From a bacterium (lineage in GTDB: Bacteria; SM23-31), in contig OZ244870.1 of assembly GCA_965221205.1 (NCBI GenBank), positions 1,374,782 through 1,438,781 on the forward strand: a stretch of 64,000 bases of DNA, given 5' to 3'. Positions 40,360-51,963 of the stretch are shown here, piece by piece; the stretch's first letter is position 1, and each line of letters starts with the position of its first letter. A program made the position numbers and the translations under genes. Under the pieces are notes generated by a model. It saw only the letters and a list, made by a program, of their open reading frames with translations. It was not told where the DNA came from and did not search any database.

Positions 40360-42231
40360 TTATATCCAGCCCAAAATAACTTCATTCCCAAAATCTTTTA
40401 TTACTTTTAACCCCGCCTGTTCTATGCTCTCAGGAGTCCAATTTGGCATATCTGTTTCGTCAAGCAAATCCAAATGAACAATAAATATATTCACATTATA
40501 TGATTTGAGTGTTTCCTGACTAGCAGGATCAAGAATAGTATTAATACATGAAGTTATCTCTCTATAAGTTTCAGGAAAAAAAGTTGAATACCCATTGATG
40601 ATGGGCTTATTGTGATAAGTGGTATAGTAAAAATATTTTACCTCTCGCTGCGTAAATTCATGCCGCCGCTCTCCGTAAACCGGATCATACTTGGTTCCAT
40701 CTCCCTTTCTTGCTGGAACTTCAGCAACACCTCCATTTATCTCTTGGTCCTTTAACCAATGATACACCTCGGGCACATTATCGCCCGTTTGAATCAGATG
40801 CATCGGGAAGGGAAACGCCAAATATTCCATAATAACCAGACAGACAATGATAGGTGTAATCCATTTCTTTATAGGGTGCACTTTAAACCGGTCGAACAAA
40901 TAGTAAATACCTCCGATACTCAATATTGATGCTGCAAATAGCACTATGATCCCAAAACGTGCAGGTACACGCATAACATCAAAGGCGGGTAAAATGTAAT
41001 ACATCAATAAGTATGGCAGAGGAAGATAGAGAAAATGCCCAAATAACGTTAAGAATGGTCCAAAGGAAAGTATTAAGAATACAATCAATATCCAAAGAAA
41101 TGGTTTTTTGTACACAGCAATACCTGGATTCATTGATTCAGAAAAATAAAAAATACCCAAGATCATACATGTTATAAGGACAAATCCAAGATAGAGAGGG
41201 TTCCCTCCTGTACTATTAATAATGGAGGAAAAGCGCTCAAATGGAAGCTTTTCTTTAATGGTGTCACCGGGTAACTTGTCTGCTCCCAGATTTCTTGCTT
41301 GTTCCCCCAATAAGGGAAGTGCCATCTCAAAGACTCTGCGTTCCAGAGGTAGTTCACCAAAGAACGGTTTTTCTGACTGGAAACCACCCATTAGCATATT
41401 ATTGTCTGGAGCACGGAAATAATCATCAAGACTGGCGGAATATTGAAGGTTTTCGCCAAGCGATTTTTTCATTCCACCTTGAGATGTAATTGTGTTATAA
41501 TAATAAGCAAACGTGCCGACGACTATCAGGATCAACGCTATACCGGGAACAGCTTTAAAAGCCATCTTTTTAAGATCAATGGTTTTTCTTTCTTTCAAAA
41601 AGCATATTACAGTATAACATAAAATTGCTAGAGAGAGCATATAACCGATATACCAACTCGAAAGCATCTGCAGACAGTATACAATCGCTGCAAATATGAA
41701 AAATTTTGCTTTCTTTTCTTTCAGAAATTTATCGAAAAATAAAAAAAAGAGTGGGATCCAGTAGATCATATGTATGTGGAAAGTAAAAGCTTCTTTTAAT
41801 GGAGAAAAGCCGTAAAACAAACCTGCAATGAAGCTTATGGAGTAATTTTTAGATATATGAAAAGCAAAGAGAAACATGAACAGTGCTGATAGGAAGTATG
41901 AAAATAATATTAGTACATTTGTTGCAAGAATCGGATTACCGGTAAAATAAAATACTGGTGCAAAAAAAATCTGATGACCAACCAGGATATCATTGAGCGC
42001 GCTCTGAGTCTGAGGGTAAAAAATATTGATATCAAAAATGTTATTGCCCGGTTCAAGAAAAATATTATGGTAATTCCAGTAAAGGATTGAAGCATTGCCG
42101 ACAGGATCACCATTGCTATAAGAGATACTCGATGCGAAAGATACTATTAGAGGATACGTTAGAATTATTGCAAGTAAAAAATATATAGCAGCACAAACGA
42201 CAAAATGCTTACAACTCTCAATCTTTATCAT
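40360..42231 (-). CDS. polytopic membrane protein, GT-C-type glycosyltransferase-like (PMT_2/ArnT/YfhO-like)
   Basis: 623 aa with more than 12 predicted TM helices and large loops. Located in a sugar-modification gene context. Confidence 0.45.
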   Translation of the reverse strand: MIKIESCKHFVVCAAIYFLLAIILTYPLIVSFASSISYSNGDPVGNASILYWNYHNIFLEPGNNIFDINIFYPQTQSALNDILVGHQIFFAPVFYFTGNPILATNVLILFSYFLSALFMFLFAFHISKNYSISFIAGLFYGFSPLKEAFTFHIHMIYWIPLFFLFFDKFLKEKKAKFFIFAAIVYCLQMLSSWYIGYMLSLAILCYTVICFLKERKTIDLKKMAFKAVPGIALILIVVGTFAYYYNTITSQGGMKKSLGENLQYSASLDDYFRAPDNNMLMGGFQSEKPFFGELPLERRVFEMALPLLGEQARNLGADKLPGDTIKEKLPFERFSSIINSTGGNPLYLGFVLITCMILGIFYFSESMNPGIAVYKKPFLWILIVFLILSFGPFLTLFGHFLYLPLPYLLMYYILPAFDVMRVPARFGIIVLFAASILSIGGIYYLFDRFKVHPIKKWITPIIVCLVIMEYLAFPFPMHLIQTGDNVPEVYHWLKDQEINGGVAEVPARKGDGTKYDPVYGERRHEFTQREVKYFYYTTYHNKPIINGYSTFFPETYREITSCINTILDPASQETLKSYNVNIFIVHLDLLDETDMPNWTPESIEQAGLKVIKDFGNEVILGWI

Positions 42232-43254
42232 CAGGTTCCTTGTTTTAGTTTTGAAAAGAAATTGAGTTAAATATCAAAAAAAATTCAGGAATAGTCAAAT
42301 GAAAAAGTCCTATATGAATTCTGTTGAAATGTCTTTTCATTAGAAAATTATTCAAATAATAAATGATAATAAGACAAGATGAAAAGAGTTTTTCTTGCGG
42401 ATTCTACATTTGATTTTGCACACAGTTGATTCAGGATTCGTCTTTGGACTCTTACTCTTTATTAGCCCAGGTTGTTCGAGTGTGCAGATTCAGGCATTAA
42501 TCAGTAACAATTTGTTTGATAACTCCTTTTGGTTTACTATTACATTACTTCACTCAAATGACATTACTGTCGCTTCGTATTGTAACTATTATTACCTTGA
42601 ATATTCTGAACCGATAAAGTGTAACTATTGTTACAACGATAACAGCACTTACGATCAAATTCGTAACGAATGACCTTTACTTAACCATGCTTTTATTTTG
42701 ATTTAAAAGTTAATATATAGAAAATTATGCTTATTTTATACCTGTAGTCTATATAATAACTGATCAATATTTGAATACAATATATTAGCAAAGATATTAA
42801 GATGTCCTTTGCCATTAATTTTCTAAGAAACTTGTCAAGAGATAAAAAAAGCGGCGTCCATTAAATAGACATAAGTTGTATCAAACTATTAACGATTCTG
42901 AATGGCGAGAAACCAATAATGAATCTCATGATAAAGCTGGTCTTATCATTTTTGATCAAGTATAGGGTAGAAGTGAATATGAAAACTGCTGACAATATTC
43001 ACGAGAAAAAGATTACCTCAATTGTCGAAAGTACCTGTTATTTGCGATCTAAAAAGACGGCTCGATTATAAGTACACAAATAAGAATATAACTTAGAATC
43101 GCAAAAAATTTTGAGAATTAAATGTGGAAATCAAAAAATTTAGATAAGCTGTTATTTGTGTTCGAAAAATTTCAAAAAAGTACACTGGTTATAGCAAGTG
43201 GGTCACCAACATCTCCACATCTGCTTCCTGTGCTCTGTAAAATATAATATTATA

Positions 43255-44958
43255 TCATTTTTTTGAAACGATAAAATCCTCAAACAGGATGTAATCTGCA
43301 TTTTGAATTAAAAGACTTTTTATAGCATCTTCAGGAGAGCATACAATAGGTTCTTCATGATTATTAAAACTAGTATTTATTAATGTCGGAATACCTGTCA
43401 AATTATAATATTCCAGTAACAAATCGTAATAGAGCCGATTGAAATCACTATTGACAATTTGCGGTCTTGCAGTATTGTCCACGTGAACTATACCGGGAGT
43501 TTCCTTGTTCGCCCTCTCTGTGCAAACATAACACAGAGTCATAAAATAACTTGCTAAGTGCTCCTTTTTCCATCCGACGTAATATTCATGAGCATATTCT
43601 TCAAGGGTAATCGGAGCGAATGGCATGAATTCAGTTCGATTTAATCTTTTATTTAATATTTTTGTAATATCTTTATCTGTCGCCCTAACGATAATACTTC
43701 TAGCTCCAAGAGCTCTGGGACCGTATTCCATTCTTCCCTTGAAAATTCCGACATATTTACCATCTGAAATATCTTTTGCCACCAGTTTAAGAGTATAATC
43801 ATTCAAGGATGTAATGTTCAATTCTGTATTGTACCTATTCAGAACTTCACTTATTTCTGATTTTGAATATTTTGGACCTAAATAAACATGCTTTAAAGGA
43901 TATTTTATACTCCCACCGTTTTCGTAAAGTTTTATTAATGCACCTCCTAAAGCATTACCTCCATCACCCATTTGAGGAAATACATATATATTATCCACAT
44001 CTTCCAATTCATAGATTTTTTGATTTAACTTTACATTTCCAAACAAGCCACCAGCAACACAAATATTTCGGAGTCCGGTTTCGGCTATGAATTTTGATAG
44101 GTATTTAAGAGTAATATCTTCCGTTACATACTGTACTGCTGCTGAGATATCTTCTTTACTGAATTTATCCAACTCCTTTTCAATGTTTGGGAGTTTATTT
44201 GTAGGAAAGGGCGAAAATTTTTCCCCTATATTAGCGATTATTTTACCTTCTTTGTAATCAATCATAGATGTAATGATATCAACACACTTCGTATGGTCTC
44301 CGTATGCGGCAAGTCCAGTTACCTTACCTTCATGCTTATTTGGTGTAAATCCCAAGTAATTTGTAATATAGGCATATAAACTTCCTAAACTATTATACAT
44401 GCTCACGGAATCCAATAATTCAATGCCATCTTTACGAGATGCTGAACAAACCGTAGCACTTTTAAAATCTCCGCGTTGATCGATTGTTAAAACTAACGCA
44501 TCCTCAAACGGAGAGGGGTAAAAAGCTGTAAAGGCATGAGAAAGATGGTGGTCATAAAAGCTGATTTTTTCCTCTGGAAAACCAATTTTGACAACTTGTT
44601 CAATTAATTCCTTCTTAAATCTATGGTCACGCTCGACAGCAACTCTTGTACGGTCACTGAGGAGTTTTTCCGCAGTTGAATCATTCAATATCGCTTTTAG
44701 GACATCATCCATGCACTGGGGCAAGAATTTCTCATCGATACCTTTCCAGGCTCCACAAGCAACAAAATCTATGTCCTCCGGCTTAAGCGAACTGTTTTCC
44801 AAGCAATATTCTATTGATTTTCTTGGAAATGACCGATCGTTTTTGACTCTGGTAAAACGCTCTTCATTTACACTTGAAACAATCTCGCTATCGATAATTA
44901 TAGAAGCACCGCTTACCTGGGCGTTGCATACTCCAAGTATTATAGTATTATTTTTCAT
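43255..44958 (-). CDS. carbamoyltransferase (NodU/CmcH family)
   Basis: 567 aa with an N-terminal ASKHA-like fold (ILGVCNAQVSGASII..VNEERFTR) and a C-terminal YrdC-like carbamoyltransferase domain. Confidence 0.75.
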   Translation of the reverse strand: MKNNTIILGVCNAQVSGASIIIDSEIVSSVNEERFTRVKNDRSFPRKSIEYCLENSSLKPEDIDFVACGAWKGIDEKFLPQCMDDVLKAILNDSTAEKLLSDRTRVAVERDHRFKKELIEQVVKIGFPEEKISFYDHHLSHAFTAFYPSPFEDALVLTIDQRGDFKSATVCSASRKDGIELLDSVSMYNSLGSLYAYITNYLGFTPNKHEGKVTGLAAYGDHTKCVDIITSMIDYKEGKIIANIGEKFSPFPTNKLPNIEKELDKFSKEDISAAVQYVTEDITLKYLSKFIAETGLRNICVAGGLFGNVKLNQKIYELEDVDNIYVFPQMGDGGNALGGALIKLYENGGSIKYPLKHVYLGPKYSKSEISEVLNRYNTELNITSLNDYTLKLVAKDISDGKYVGIFKGRMEYGPRALGARSIIVRATDKDITKILNKRLNRTEFMPFAPITLEEYAHEYYVGWKKEHLASYFMTLCYVCTERANKETPGIVHVDNTARPQIVNSDFNRLYYDLLLEYYNLTGIPTLINTSFNNHEEPIVCSPEDAIKSLLIQNADYILFEDFIVSKK

Positions 44959-45051
44959 GTTTTTCCAAATAAATTTGTTTGTTCAGTTATAGTTAATAAT
45001 ATTCACTCTTATTATGAGAATCTGTAACATTTTCCTTGAGGATATATTTTG

Positions 45052-46464
45052 TTATACAAACAAAGGTGACTCCTCACTTAACGGTTTATCCAATTCTGGT
45101 TTTGGTTTACCTGAAGAAATATAATCGGCTATGGTAAAACCCATTTCAAGTGCTTGAAACATTTGAATATATGTAAAAAGTGCCTGTCTACCACCAGAAT
45201 AAAGATTTTCTATTTTGTTGAGGTACTGATAAATGTTTATAAGTTGTTCTTCATAGTCAATTGTCGGAATTGGATAACCAAATTTTGTTCGCAAAACAAT
45301 ACCACTACTATAGACTCTCTTAATATCGTAGCCTTCATTTTCTAAACCTGTCAATACTTTTTCTATAATTTCCTCATCAGTTAATGACCATATTTCATCC
45401 TCTGGAAAACAGGTTATCTCTGCCGTAAGGGCGCATTTCCCTTTAGGAGCTGATTCTTGAGAAAAATAATTCATCTGTCCTACTCTATTGAAAATCTGTT
45501 GGTGAAAATACATGTATTCAGCCCCTAAGATTGAATTGGTATTTACAACAATGCAGGCAATTAAAATCGCACGATATCTTAAACTATTCACTGCCTTTAA
45601 AATGTTTTCAGGTGGATGAGGTTCTATAGAATTTAGCAACGTAGTGACAGGAATTGTTGAGATACATATGTCGGATGACATGCTGATTTCAGATCCATTA
45701 ATATCAACAATAACTTCTTTAACTTTGTTTTTATTGATAATAATTTTCTTTACAGAGTGATTAAGCAAAGTTGTTCCGTAATTTTTTGTAATTAATTTAT
45801 CTATCCTCATTGGAAAAGTTCCTGACCCTTGAATAGGGTAATATTGGGATGTTACATAATTGTCCTTTGTCAATTTGTTTTTTTCTCTACCGAATAAATC
45901 AATAATCGAATTGACAGCTAACTGGATCAAAGTTCTATTGGGAATTCTGTGTTTTAAAAAAGCATTGCTTAAATCCTTTGGATGTATACCCCATACTTTT
46001 TGAGTATATTTCTCAAAAAATAGTTCATACAATTTTCGACCATAAAGCGAAATATAAAATTCTTCTAAACTGCCTACTATTAGTGAATTGTCCTTTATAA
46101 TTAGATTTTGTGTGTAGCTAAGTAGAGCAGATAAAATCGTGGATATGTTTAGATTTGCAAGTAAATTTATTGGCTTGATCGGATAGGATAACTTTTTATT
46201 TTGAAAAGTAATCATCACATTTTTTGTTAATTCATTGATATCACCATCCATAACTTCCATAAAGAAATCAAGAAACTCTTTGCTTCTTGCATGAAAAGTG
46301 TGTGGACCAAAATCAAAAAAACAGTCATTAAAGCGAAATGAAGCTGCCAATCCTCCGATATAATTCTGTTTCTCAATAATTGTAAGATCTGTTTCTTTTC
46401 CAGCAAGTTTAATTCCTGCACCCAGCCCCGCAAGGCCCGCACCTAATATAGTTATCTTCTTCAT
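45052..46464 (-). CDS. FAD-dependent oxidoreductase (amine-oxidase / UDP-galactopyranose-mutase superfamily)
   Basis: ILGAGLAGLGAG dinucleotide-binding motif and GGLAAS...GPHTFH. Confidence 0.6.
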   Translation of the reverse strand: MKKITILGAGLAGLGAGIKLAGKETDLTIIEKQNYIGGLAASFRFNDCFFDFGPHTFHARSKEFLDFFMEVMDGDINELTKNVMITFQNKKLSYPIKPINLLANLNISTILSALLSYTQNLIIKDNSLIVGSLEEFYISLYGRKLYELFFEKYTQKVWGIHPKDLSNAFLKHRIPNRTLIQLAVNSIIDLFGREKNKLTKDNYVTSQYYPIQGSGTFPMRIDKLITKNYGTTLLNHSVKKIIINKNKVKEVIVDINGSEISMSSDICISTIPVTTLLNSIEPHPPENILKAVNSLRYRAILIACIVVNTNSILGAEYMYFHQQIFNRVGQMNYFSQESAPKGKCALTAEITCFPEDEIWSLTDEEIIEKVLTGLENEGYDIKRVYSSGIVLRTKFGYPIPTIDYEEQLINIYQYLNKIENLYSGGRQALFTYIQMFQALEMGFTIADYISSGKPKPELDKPLSEESPLFV

Positions 46465-46484
46465 TTAAATATTGTTCACTTTCG

Positions 46485-47609
46485 TTATAAAGATCTTAAA
46501 ACGGCAATCACATAATCTTGTTCTTCAGTAGTCAAACCGGGATAAAGTGGCAGTGCAATTGTCTGTATTGTCGCTTTTTCTGTTTCAGGTAGATTTAAAT
46601 CTCGGTATTCTTCACAATATGCGAGTTCTTTATGAATAGACTGGATTCCTCGCTTTGCGTTAATTCCTTTGTTGTTAAGACATAAAAGTATCTCATTTCT
46701 GCTCAGTGTGGAATCGTTTTTTACCCGCACCAAATACGATTGATAATTTGGATCGCAATTATGCGGCACCTGCGGTATGATGAAAATTTTTGAACCTTTC
46801 AGCGCAGCATCATACCGTTCTGCTAATTCACAACGTTTTCTGATTATTTCATCAAGTTTATCCATCTGTTGAACGCCTATGGCAGACTGCATATCGGTTA
46901 TCCTGTAGTTATAACCTCTTTTCACATAATCCTCAAACAGAATTGTTTCGGATGTGTGGCGCTCTTGCGGTTGAACAGACATACCATGGTTTCGGAGAAG
47001 TATTAATGTTTTATACATTTTTTCATCATTCGTCAGCACTGCGCCACCCTCGCCTGTTGTAATTATTTTTCGCGGATGAAAACTGAAACAGCATAAATGC
47101 TCCGAGTTCCCTATTTGCTTCCCTTTATACTTAGCACCGAGGGCACACGCAGCGTCTTCAATAACTATTAGTCCATGCTTTTTTGCAATCACTGAAATCG
47201 CATCTATATCGGCAGGCATACCGACCTGATGAACCGGCATTATTGCTTTTGTTGCAGGTGTAATTGCGTTTTCAATATGTTGAGGATCGATGTTGTATGT
47301 AGATGGATCGATATCAACAAATACAGGTCGTGCACCAGTATGAACAATGGCATTAGCAGTTGCAATAAATGAAAAAGATGGTAATACTACCTCATCTCCA
47401 GGCACAATACCATGAACCGTTAAAGCAAGATGTAAAGCAGTTGTACCCGAAGATACTGCAACCGCATGATTAACTCCCGTATAAGCAGTTAAACGATCTT
47501 CAAATTTTTTTGTCTCGTTTCCTTGAGCTAACCATCCGCTGTTAATAATATTTTTGACGGACTCCGCCTCTGTTCCGTCGAAATATGGCTTTGTGATAGG
47601 AATGTTCAA
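46485..47609 (-). CDS. DegT/DnrJ/EryC1/StrS-family PLP-dependent sugar aminotransferase
   Basis: 374 aa of typical DegT-family sequence with the active-site Lys region SFHPRKIITTGEGG. Confidence 0.85.
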   Translation of the reverse strand: MNIPITKPYFDGTEAESVKNIINSGWLAQGNETKKFEDRLTAYTGVNHAVAVSSGTTALHLALTVHGIVPGDEVVLPSFSFIATANAIVHTGARPVFVDIDPSTYNIDPQHIENAITPATKAIMPVHQVGMPADIDAISVIAKKHGLIVIEDAACALGAKYKGKQIGNSEHLCCFSFHPRKIITTGEGGAVLTNDEKMYKTLILLRNHGMSVQPQERHTSETILFEDYVKRGYNYRITDMQSAIGVQQMDKLDEIIRKRCELAERYDAALKGSKIFIIPQVPHNCDPNYQSYLVRVKNDSTLSRNEILLCLNNKGINAKRGIQSIHKELAYCEEYRDLNLPETEKATIQTIALPLYPGLTTEEQDYVIAVLRSL

Positions 47610-47634
47610 GAAAAGTCCGAAAAGTCATTAATTA

Positions 47635-48618
47635 CTATAATATGTTTTTATACCAATCGATAGTCTTTTTAAGTCCTTCTTCAAGTGCAACTTTGGGACT
47701 ATATTCGAGCATCTGTTGAGCTTTTGATATATCAGGTACACGAAGTTGAACATCGATACCCATATGGTCATTAAATTCAATCTCTGAATCGGATTCGAGA
47801 TAATTAATAATTTTCTTAGCCAATTCAAAAATAGTAACCGTTGCCTGTGGATTACCGATATTGAATGAGTTACCTGTAATTTTAACGGAACAAATACTAC
47901 TTTCAACAGCATCTACAAAATCATCGATATAACACCAAGATCTGATCTGGACACCGTCTCCCGTTATTACAACATTTTCATTTGCAAGCGCATTGTTGGT
48001 AAATATCTGGATTGCGCCCTCTCCAACCTGACCGGGCCCATAAATATTGAATGGCCGCATTGCAACCATTGGAATTTTTTTCTCAAGAAAGAAGCAATAA
48101 CAGAGCTTCTCAGCCGCAAGTTTACTGATAGAATACGTCCATCGAGCATCTTTTATATCACCTTGGATGGTTTCTCCATGTTCAGATGCTCGAAAGATAT
48201 GTGGACCATAAATCTCACTTGTGGAGAAATATATTAACAACTCAAGATCGATCTCTTTAAGAATACTGAGTAGATTAAAGGTACCGATCATATTAACTTC
48301 CATGGTCTTAAGTGGCATCTTGTAATAAGAAGAAACACCAGCTATTGCTGCGGCGTGGATAACAATGTCAACATTCTTAATTGATTTCTTCAAATGTTCC
48401 ACATCAAGAATATCACCTTCGATAACAGTCACATTCTCATGGTCTTTACAGTCAAAATATTGTAATGCGTTCCGGTGTCTGTTGTCATATAGTATGACCT
48501 TATTATCTTTGTGAAACCGCTCGCAGAGTGCGGTGCCAATAAATCCTGCGCCTCCGGTAATGAAAATCACTTTATCTTTCACTTTCACGATGCTGGCCCT
48601 CTCTTCTTTAACTATCAA
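47635..48618 (-). CDS. NAD-dependent sugar epimerase/dehydratase (SDR extended family)
   Basis: TGGAGFIG Rossmann motif and YxxxK (YSISK). Confidence 0.85.
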   Translation of the reverse strand: MIVKEERASIVKVKDKVIFITGGAGFIGTALCERFHKDNKVILYDNRHRNALQYFDCKDHENVTVIEGDILDVEHLKKSIKNVDIVIHAAAIAGVSSYYKMPLKTMEVNMIGTFNLLSILKEIDLELLIYFSTSEIYGPHIFRASEHGETIQGDIKDARWTYSISKLAAEKLCYCFFLEKKIPMVAMRPFNIYGPGQVGEGAIQIFTNNALANENVVITGDGVQIRSWCYIDDFVDAVESSICSVKITGNSFNIGNPQATVTIFELAKKIINYLESDSEIEFNDHMGIDVQLRVPDISKAQQMLEYSPKVALEEGLKKTIDWYKNIL

Positions 48619-49251
48619 TGATCATTTCCGCAAAGAGTATACTAAAATCATGATGTTTAACTATCGGATTTACACTTGCTGCTCTTTAGATTTGAAACAA
48701 TGAGTCCAATTGATTAATATAACGAATATTCAAGCAATCTACAAAAATTATTTCTCTTGCTAAATTCGCTGGAGAATATTGGTCTCGAATACAAAAAACT
48801 AGCAGCTTGACCGCAGATTGTCGTTTATTTGGTTTTTGTCGTAAACTTTTTTTATTCTGACTGAAAAATCTGCTGAACGAAAAAGTTTTAAGAACTCCAT
48901 CTGCTATTATAGCCAGTCGACATGTCATTCAACGAACACGAAGACCAATATTTATTATTTTGTGACCATGAGCAGGCAATTGCCACCGAACGTGGAGTCG
49001 AGTATTTATATCCGCCACAAAAGGAGCTTATTCTCATTAAATAAATTCGCAAATCGTACAGTCTGGAGAACAGAAAATTCTTTGAAAAGCTAAATGAATC
49101 CTTTAATTTCAACTTATAGTGTCCGACTTGTTCTGACGACATACATCATATTTCTTGCACACTCCCAATTATTCTCTTTCAGAAGTTTAATATGGGGAAT
49201 ATCAGATAAATCAAATAATAATAACACTTCAAAGAAAACTTTGGAGGAGGA

Positions 49252-51807
49252 GTGTTTATGTGCATAAATAGCAAAATATTTGTTGCGTTCAGAATTCTTT
49301 TTATTCCCGTATTGCTCTCAATTTTTGTGATAAATGTTTTTGCCCAGAGAGGAGCTGGAACCAGTGTGTCATTAGAATATGATACCACATCACCGCAGTT
49401 ATCCTTCGCAGCCGGAGAGAGATCGGTAGAACACTTGAACACCCGGGATATTCCATCCTAATGGATAGTGCTGACACAAGAATCGCGCTGACTACCGATT
49501 CGCGGTTTTTGCAGCCTCAACATTACCGGATCCGTTACGAGCAGTCGGATGTTCTTCGTGTAACTGGTGGCGATGCGGTGAGTACGATGTACGGAGGCGT
49601 GGAACTTGAGGAGATGCTTCAGCTTGGCACGGATCTATCCGACATTCCGCAACGCGAAGGCAAACCGTTTATTCTCAAAAAAGGTCTCAAATTCAATATG
49701 CTCTTCGATACCCGGGTACCGAGTTATGACGATACTGGCGATGCCGCTCAAAAGAATATTGTGGAAATGTGGAATTTCGATTTCTGGCGGGAATTCCTGG
49801 ACGACATGGCTCGACACCGGTATAACTTTTTGACTCTCTGGTCGACCAATCTCTATCCCACACTTGTGAAGTTGGAGAACTATCCTGATGTAGCCTATGA
49901 TGACGTGAGCGTCCTCGATTTCCCGATTGATAACGAAACCCATTCGCACTGGACCAACACTGCCTGCAGCGACTATGACATTATGGATCCCGCCAGTCGC
50001 GTGTGGTCAAGAGCATAACCATTGATGAAAAAATCGCTTTCTGGCAGCGTGTCATGCAGTATGCCGCCGACCGAGGCATTGATATTTATTTTTTTCCTGG
50101 AATATCTTTATGTGGAACGCACTTGATAAATACGGGATTGATAATCGGCAAGATAATCAAAAAACCGTGGCATACCTGCGGGAGAGTGTTAAAGAGTTGC
50201 TCCTGACGTATCCTCTCCTCAAAGGGATCGGTGTGTCGACCGGCGAGAACATGGACCGGAGACTGACGGGGGAGTATAGCAATGAGAACTGGATTTGGAA
50301 GACGTACGGTTTTGGGGGTTATGGATGCCAAGGCCGTTCAGCCCGACCGGCATGTGCGTTTCATTTTCCGCCAACTCGATTGCACTTTAGCGAATATTGA
50401 CACGGCTTTCGAAGAATACACGGATGTGCTTGAGACGAGTTTTAAATATTCGCGCGCCCGGATCTATACAACCACTAATCCACAATTCTTCGATCAAGGG
50501 TATCGCGACGACGTTGAACAGTACCAAATAAAGTTCTGGATAAATCTTCGGAACGACGATATTTTCGTCCATTGCTGGGGTAATCCCGAACATGTGAGGA
50601 AATTTCTGGACAATCTACCCCACGATGTAATGGCCGGGTTTTACATGGGGTCGGACGGATATGTGTGGGCACGGGAATTTATTAGTCTCGATTCCGAGCA
50701 GTTCCGCCAATTTGAAATTCGGAAACACTGGTACAATTTCATGCTATTGGGTCGTCTTGCTTACGATCTCACCCTGGGCCGCACCTTTTTCGAAGACAAA
50801 CTGGTTGATCAATTCCCCGGTGTCGATGCATCGCTGCTGTACGATACCTGGAAGACTTCATCCGAGATCATTCCACAGCTCAACCGTTTCTATTGGTTCG
50901 GGAATGATAGACAATGGTCCCCGGAAGCTAGTCTCGATATGCATAATAAATTTCACAGCGTCAATCGATTCATCGATTATAGGCGGAGTGATGACAGCAT
51001 TCTTCCGAACCAGTTTGGCAGTCTGACATTCAGGCAATATGTGGAATCCATTACCTCCGGTACAGACATCTCTGGTGTGACTCCACTCCAAGTTGCCTTG
51101 AATCTGGATCCGTTTCGCCGAGCAGGCGCTTGCAGGTGTTTCTACCCTCAGGAAGACAAGAATAATTCCAAAGAACTTGAGCAGACCTTTACAGATATCG
51201 AATCGATGTTCCACCTTGGGCAATATTATGCCGACAAAATCCGTGGAGCCGTGGAACTGGCACTTTTTCGTATTACCAATGATCACACAGCAGCGACAGG
51301 CAGTTCGAGCACTGGAAGCAGCGGTTGACACATTGGAAATCATACGCCACTGCCGCCAGCAATCAGTATAAGCCGCAACTGCTTGCTACAACACAGCAGC
51401 TTGACTGGTGGAAGATCATGGAAGATGTCGAAATGGACGTCATTATTGCAAAAGAGAACATTCAGCTTTGGTCTGGGGCTCCTCTATTAAGATCTCTTGA
51501 AACTGAATTTCAACCGAAATGGGAAGAATTAAAAGATACATTGACTAAAAATAAAATCGAAGAATTTGCTATCGATATAGAAAAGCTTGGCATAGAATAT
51601 AGATATTTCCAATTAACGCAATGGGGAAAGAAACTTGCAGCTCAGGCAGGTAGAGGTCCGACATTGATGCCATGTCGAAAACTCTGGAGAGGTTTCCGAA
51701 TCCGATCAAGGAACATCAAGGAACTTAAAGACAAAAGGTATGCCGAATACATCCGCGGTATGATCAGGAATAATGTGTTTTTCTTCTGGAAAATCTATAT
51801 ATTTTAA
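49252..51807 (+). pseudogene. secreted glycoside-hydrolase-like gene with at least 5 frameshifts
   Basis: A signal-peptide ORF (49252-49461) followed by consecutive ORFs in shifting frames: 49461-50018, 50003-50206, 50110-50400, 50282-51328, 51325-51807. The frame change at 50087-50094 falls in a T8 run and the one near 50310 in a G5 run. GC content is higher than background. Confidence 0.45.
51634..51735 (+). repeat. direct repeat copy A (3' end of the GH pseudogene), containing the 10-bp tandem duplication atcaaggaac x2
   Basis: Matches 51873-51963, except for the extra 10 bp at 51715-51724 and a few substitutions. Confidence 0.8.
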
Positions 51808-51872
51808 GGAACATTTTTCTTTAGCACTTTGTTCAAACGTGGTGTACATTAATGATTTTCTACAAACTAATC

Positions 51873-51963
51873 TTGCAGTTCAGGCAGGTAGAAGTCCGAC
51901 ATCGATGCCATATCGAAAACTCTGGAGAGGTTTCCGAATCTGATCAAGGAACTTAAAGACAAA
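51873..51963 (+). repeat. direct repeat copy B
   Basis: cttgcagttcaggcaggtagaagtccgacatcgatgccatatcgaaaactctggagaggtttccgaatctgatcaaggaacttaaagacaaa. Confidence 0.8.

Noticed and set aside
42240-43254. CRISPR array or ncRNA in the 1-kb gene-free AT-rich region.
   Set aside because: No regularly spaced direct repeats and no tRNA/rRNA-like structure found by eye. The 92-aa Cys/Tyr/Asn-rich ORF at 42395-42673 has no support.
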